Assembly: GCA_938023735.1 (NCBI GenBank)
Contig: CALJDK010000016.1
Location: forward strand, 7,145 to 71,144
Source: an uncultured Acidimicrobiales bacterium
Lineage (GTDB): Bacteria > Actinomycetota > Acidimicrobiia > Acidimicrobiales > SHLQ01
DNA length: 64,000 nt
Direction: 5' to 3'
The notes under the pieces are model-generated. The model ran no database searches. It was not told the origin of the DNA and saw only the letters and a list, made by a program, of their open reading frames with translations. Made by a program: the position numbers and the translations under genes. This document shows, one piece after another, positions 62,819 through 64,000 of this stretch; position 1 is the stretch's first letter; each line of letters opens with the position of its first letter.

Positions 62819-64000
62819 TTTCGCAGACCCGCCCGGGCACCTCTTCTCGGTCGGCCTTTGACCCGAACCGGTTCGTGCGGAAGCGGTCAAACCTTGCCTA
62901 CCCGCTGGCCATAACGCTGATCTCGGTGGGCGCCATGATTGCGGTTGCCGGGTTGGCCGGCATTGATGACCCGGCAGGCAAGGGACTCAACGACGGTGTG
63001 GCGTTTCTTCTTGTCGGGGCCATTGCCGCCACTGCAGGATTGGTCTGGTCTCGCTACTACCGGCCGCCCCGAACGCTGACGTCGCGCAACGCGATGGCCA
63101 TCGCCACCTCGGTGTGGTGCCTTATGATTGTGCTGTCGGCGCTGGCGTACATCGTCAGCGGTGAACTGAGCGTTGCGTCGGCCCTGTTCGAGTCGGCATC
63201 GGGCATCACGACGACCGGAATGACGGCGTTGGAGAATCCGGCTGAGGCCAGCACAACCCTTCTCACGTGGCGCGCGATTTCGCAATGGGCCGGAGGGCTC
63301 GGAGTCCTCCTCATCGGGTTTGGGTTGTTGCCGCTTTATGGCGGCGCCTACTCACTCCGTGCCGGTTGGGGTCGACCCGGACCAAGTGGAACCCTGGGGC
63401 AGAGGTTCGATGTTGTCGCCCGCCGAGTTTTGCTGCTCTATGGAGTGTTCACGGCCATCATGTTCGCGGCCTACCTGCTGGCGGGGGCCAACGGGTTTGA
63501 CTCGTTTGTTCTGTCGCTCACCACCGTGTCGACCGGCGGGTTCACCAACCGTGCTGGTTCGTTCAAGTTGTACGAATCCGCTGCCATGCAGTGGGTGGCC
63601 ATTGGCGGGATGGCGGTTGCCGGCTCTTCGATCGCCATTTGGTGGTGGGCCTTCTCAGGGTCGGCGAAGCGAGCGATCTCATCGGTGCAGCTCCGTTCGT
63701 ACGTCGGCCTGTTGGTTGTGGTGAGCTTCATCGCAGCAGTGGTGAACGGGGGCGACGCCGACGATGTTCGGCGTTCGATTTTTACCGTGGTGTCGTATTC
63801 ATCGACCACCGGCTACGAGGTGGTCGACGCAGGCACGTGGCCGGCCACGCTCGACGCGATCTTGTTCCTGTTGATGGTGGTCGGCGCCATGTCGGGATCG
63901 GCCGGGGGAGGGTTGCACATCAGTCGCATCCGCCTCCTCATTTTGTATCTGCGTCGTGTGCTCTACCACCAGGTGCACCCTGCCTCGGTACTCCATGTAA
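62815..64000 (+). CDS. trkH: Trk system potassium uptake protein TrkH (partial, runs off the window end)
   Basis: This frame is open from the GTG at 62815 (GTGA overlap with the trkA stop) to the window end, and is absent from the ORF track because no stop is reached. My translation contains selectivity-filter-like FESASGITTTG, SLTTVSTGGF and GAMSGSAGGG. Confidence 0.85.
   Translation, partial: MISQTRPGTSSRSAFDPNRFVRKRSNLAYPLAITLISVGAMIAVAGLAGIDDPAGKGLNDGVAFLLVGAIAATAGLVWSRYYRPPRTLTSRNAMAIATSVWCLMIVLSALAYIVSGELSVASALFESASGITTTGMTALENPAEASTTLLTWRAISQWAGGLGVLLIGFGLLPLYGGAYSLRAGWGRPGPSGTLGQRFDVVARRVLLLYGVFTAIMFAAYLLAGANGFDSFVLSLTTVSTGGFTNRAGSFKLYESAAMQWVAIGGMAVAGSSIAIWWWAFSGSAKRAISSVQLRSYVGLLVVVSFIAAVVNGGDADDVRRSIFTVVSYSSTTGYEVVDAGTWPATLDAILFLLMVVGAMSGSAGGGLHISRIRLLILYLRRVLYHQVHPASVLHV

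Noticed and set aside
1-64000. Search for tRNA, rRNA, transposase/integrase, prophage or toxin-antitoxin modules.
   Set aside because: No intergenic segment is long enough or shows cloverleaf-like or rRNA-like sequence. No ORF shows DDE, tyrosine/serine recombinase or phage structural motifs. Absence is by eye only, so tRNAscan/Infernal should confirm.

Overview
This is a high-GC bacterial chromosomal fragment. The gene content (LCP ligase, DivIVA, MenB, membrane pyrophosphatase, many GTG/TTG starts and 4-nt stop/start overlaps) suggests Actinomycetota, but that assignment is inference only.

Positions 1-31.7 kb form one very large surface-glycan (EPS or cell-wall glycopolymer) locus. It contains two complete, mirror-oriented Wzx / Wzy-like / Wzz-BY-kinase sets and six glycosyltransferases, one of them a GT2-GT4 fusion. 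It also encodes an epimerase/dehydratase, a TagA/WecG-type transferase, an O-methyltransferase-like protein and an AT3-SGNH O-acyltransferase. The secreted proteins are a Sec-signal RTX-repeat calcium-binding protein, two beta-helix lipoproteins and two PL14-like putative lyases.

My best candidate for an undescribed system sits inside this locus at 15.4-20.4 kb. It is a tightly coupled operon of an IMPase-family phosphatase, a full-length methylthioribose-kinase (MtnK) family kinase, a sugar-1-phosphate nucleotidyltransferase and the GT2-GT4 fusion. It reads as a salvage-type route that activates a free, possibly SAM-derived 5-modified pentose to an NDP-sugar for glycan assembly.

Positions 31.7-64 kb are mostly housekeeping genes: aceE, hisG, menB, ribD-like, mogA-like, psuK/psuG, hppA, trkA/trkH, MTHFS, two M23 peptidases, LCP and DivIVA. 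Several oddities are interspersed:
- an RNase HI fused to a YpsA/DUF1273-type SLOG domain
- a 25-bp-periodic array of a dyad-symmetric 13-mer
- a RibD whose deaminase zinc ligands are substituted
- a translationally coupled pseudokinase/LysM-like membrane pair
- a DUF1611 / dipeptide-epimerase pair

I could not recognise any rRNA, tRNA, CRISPR array, transposase or integrase. All family calls come from motif reading by eye; no searches were run.
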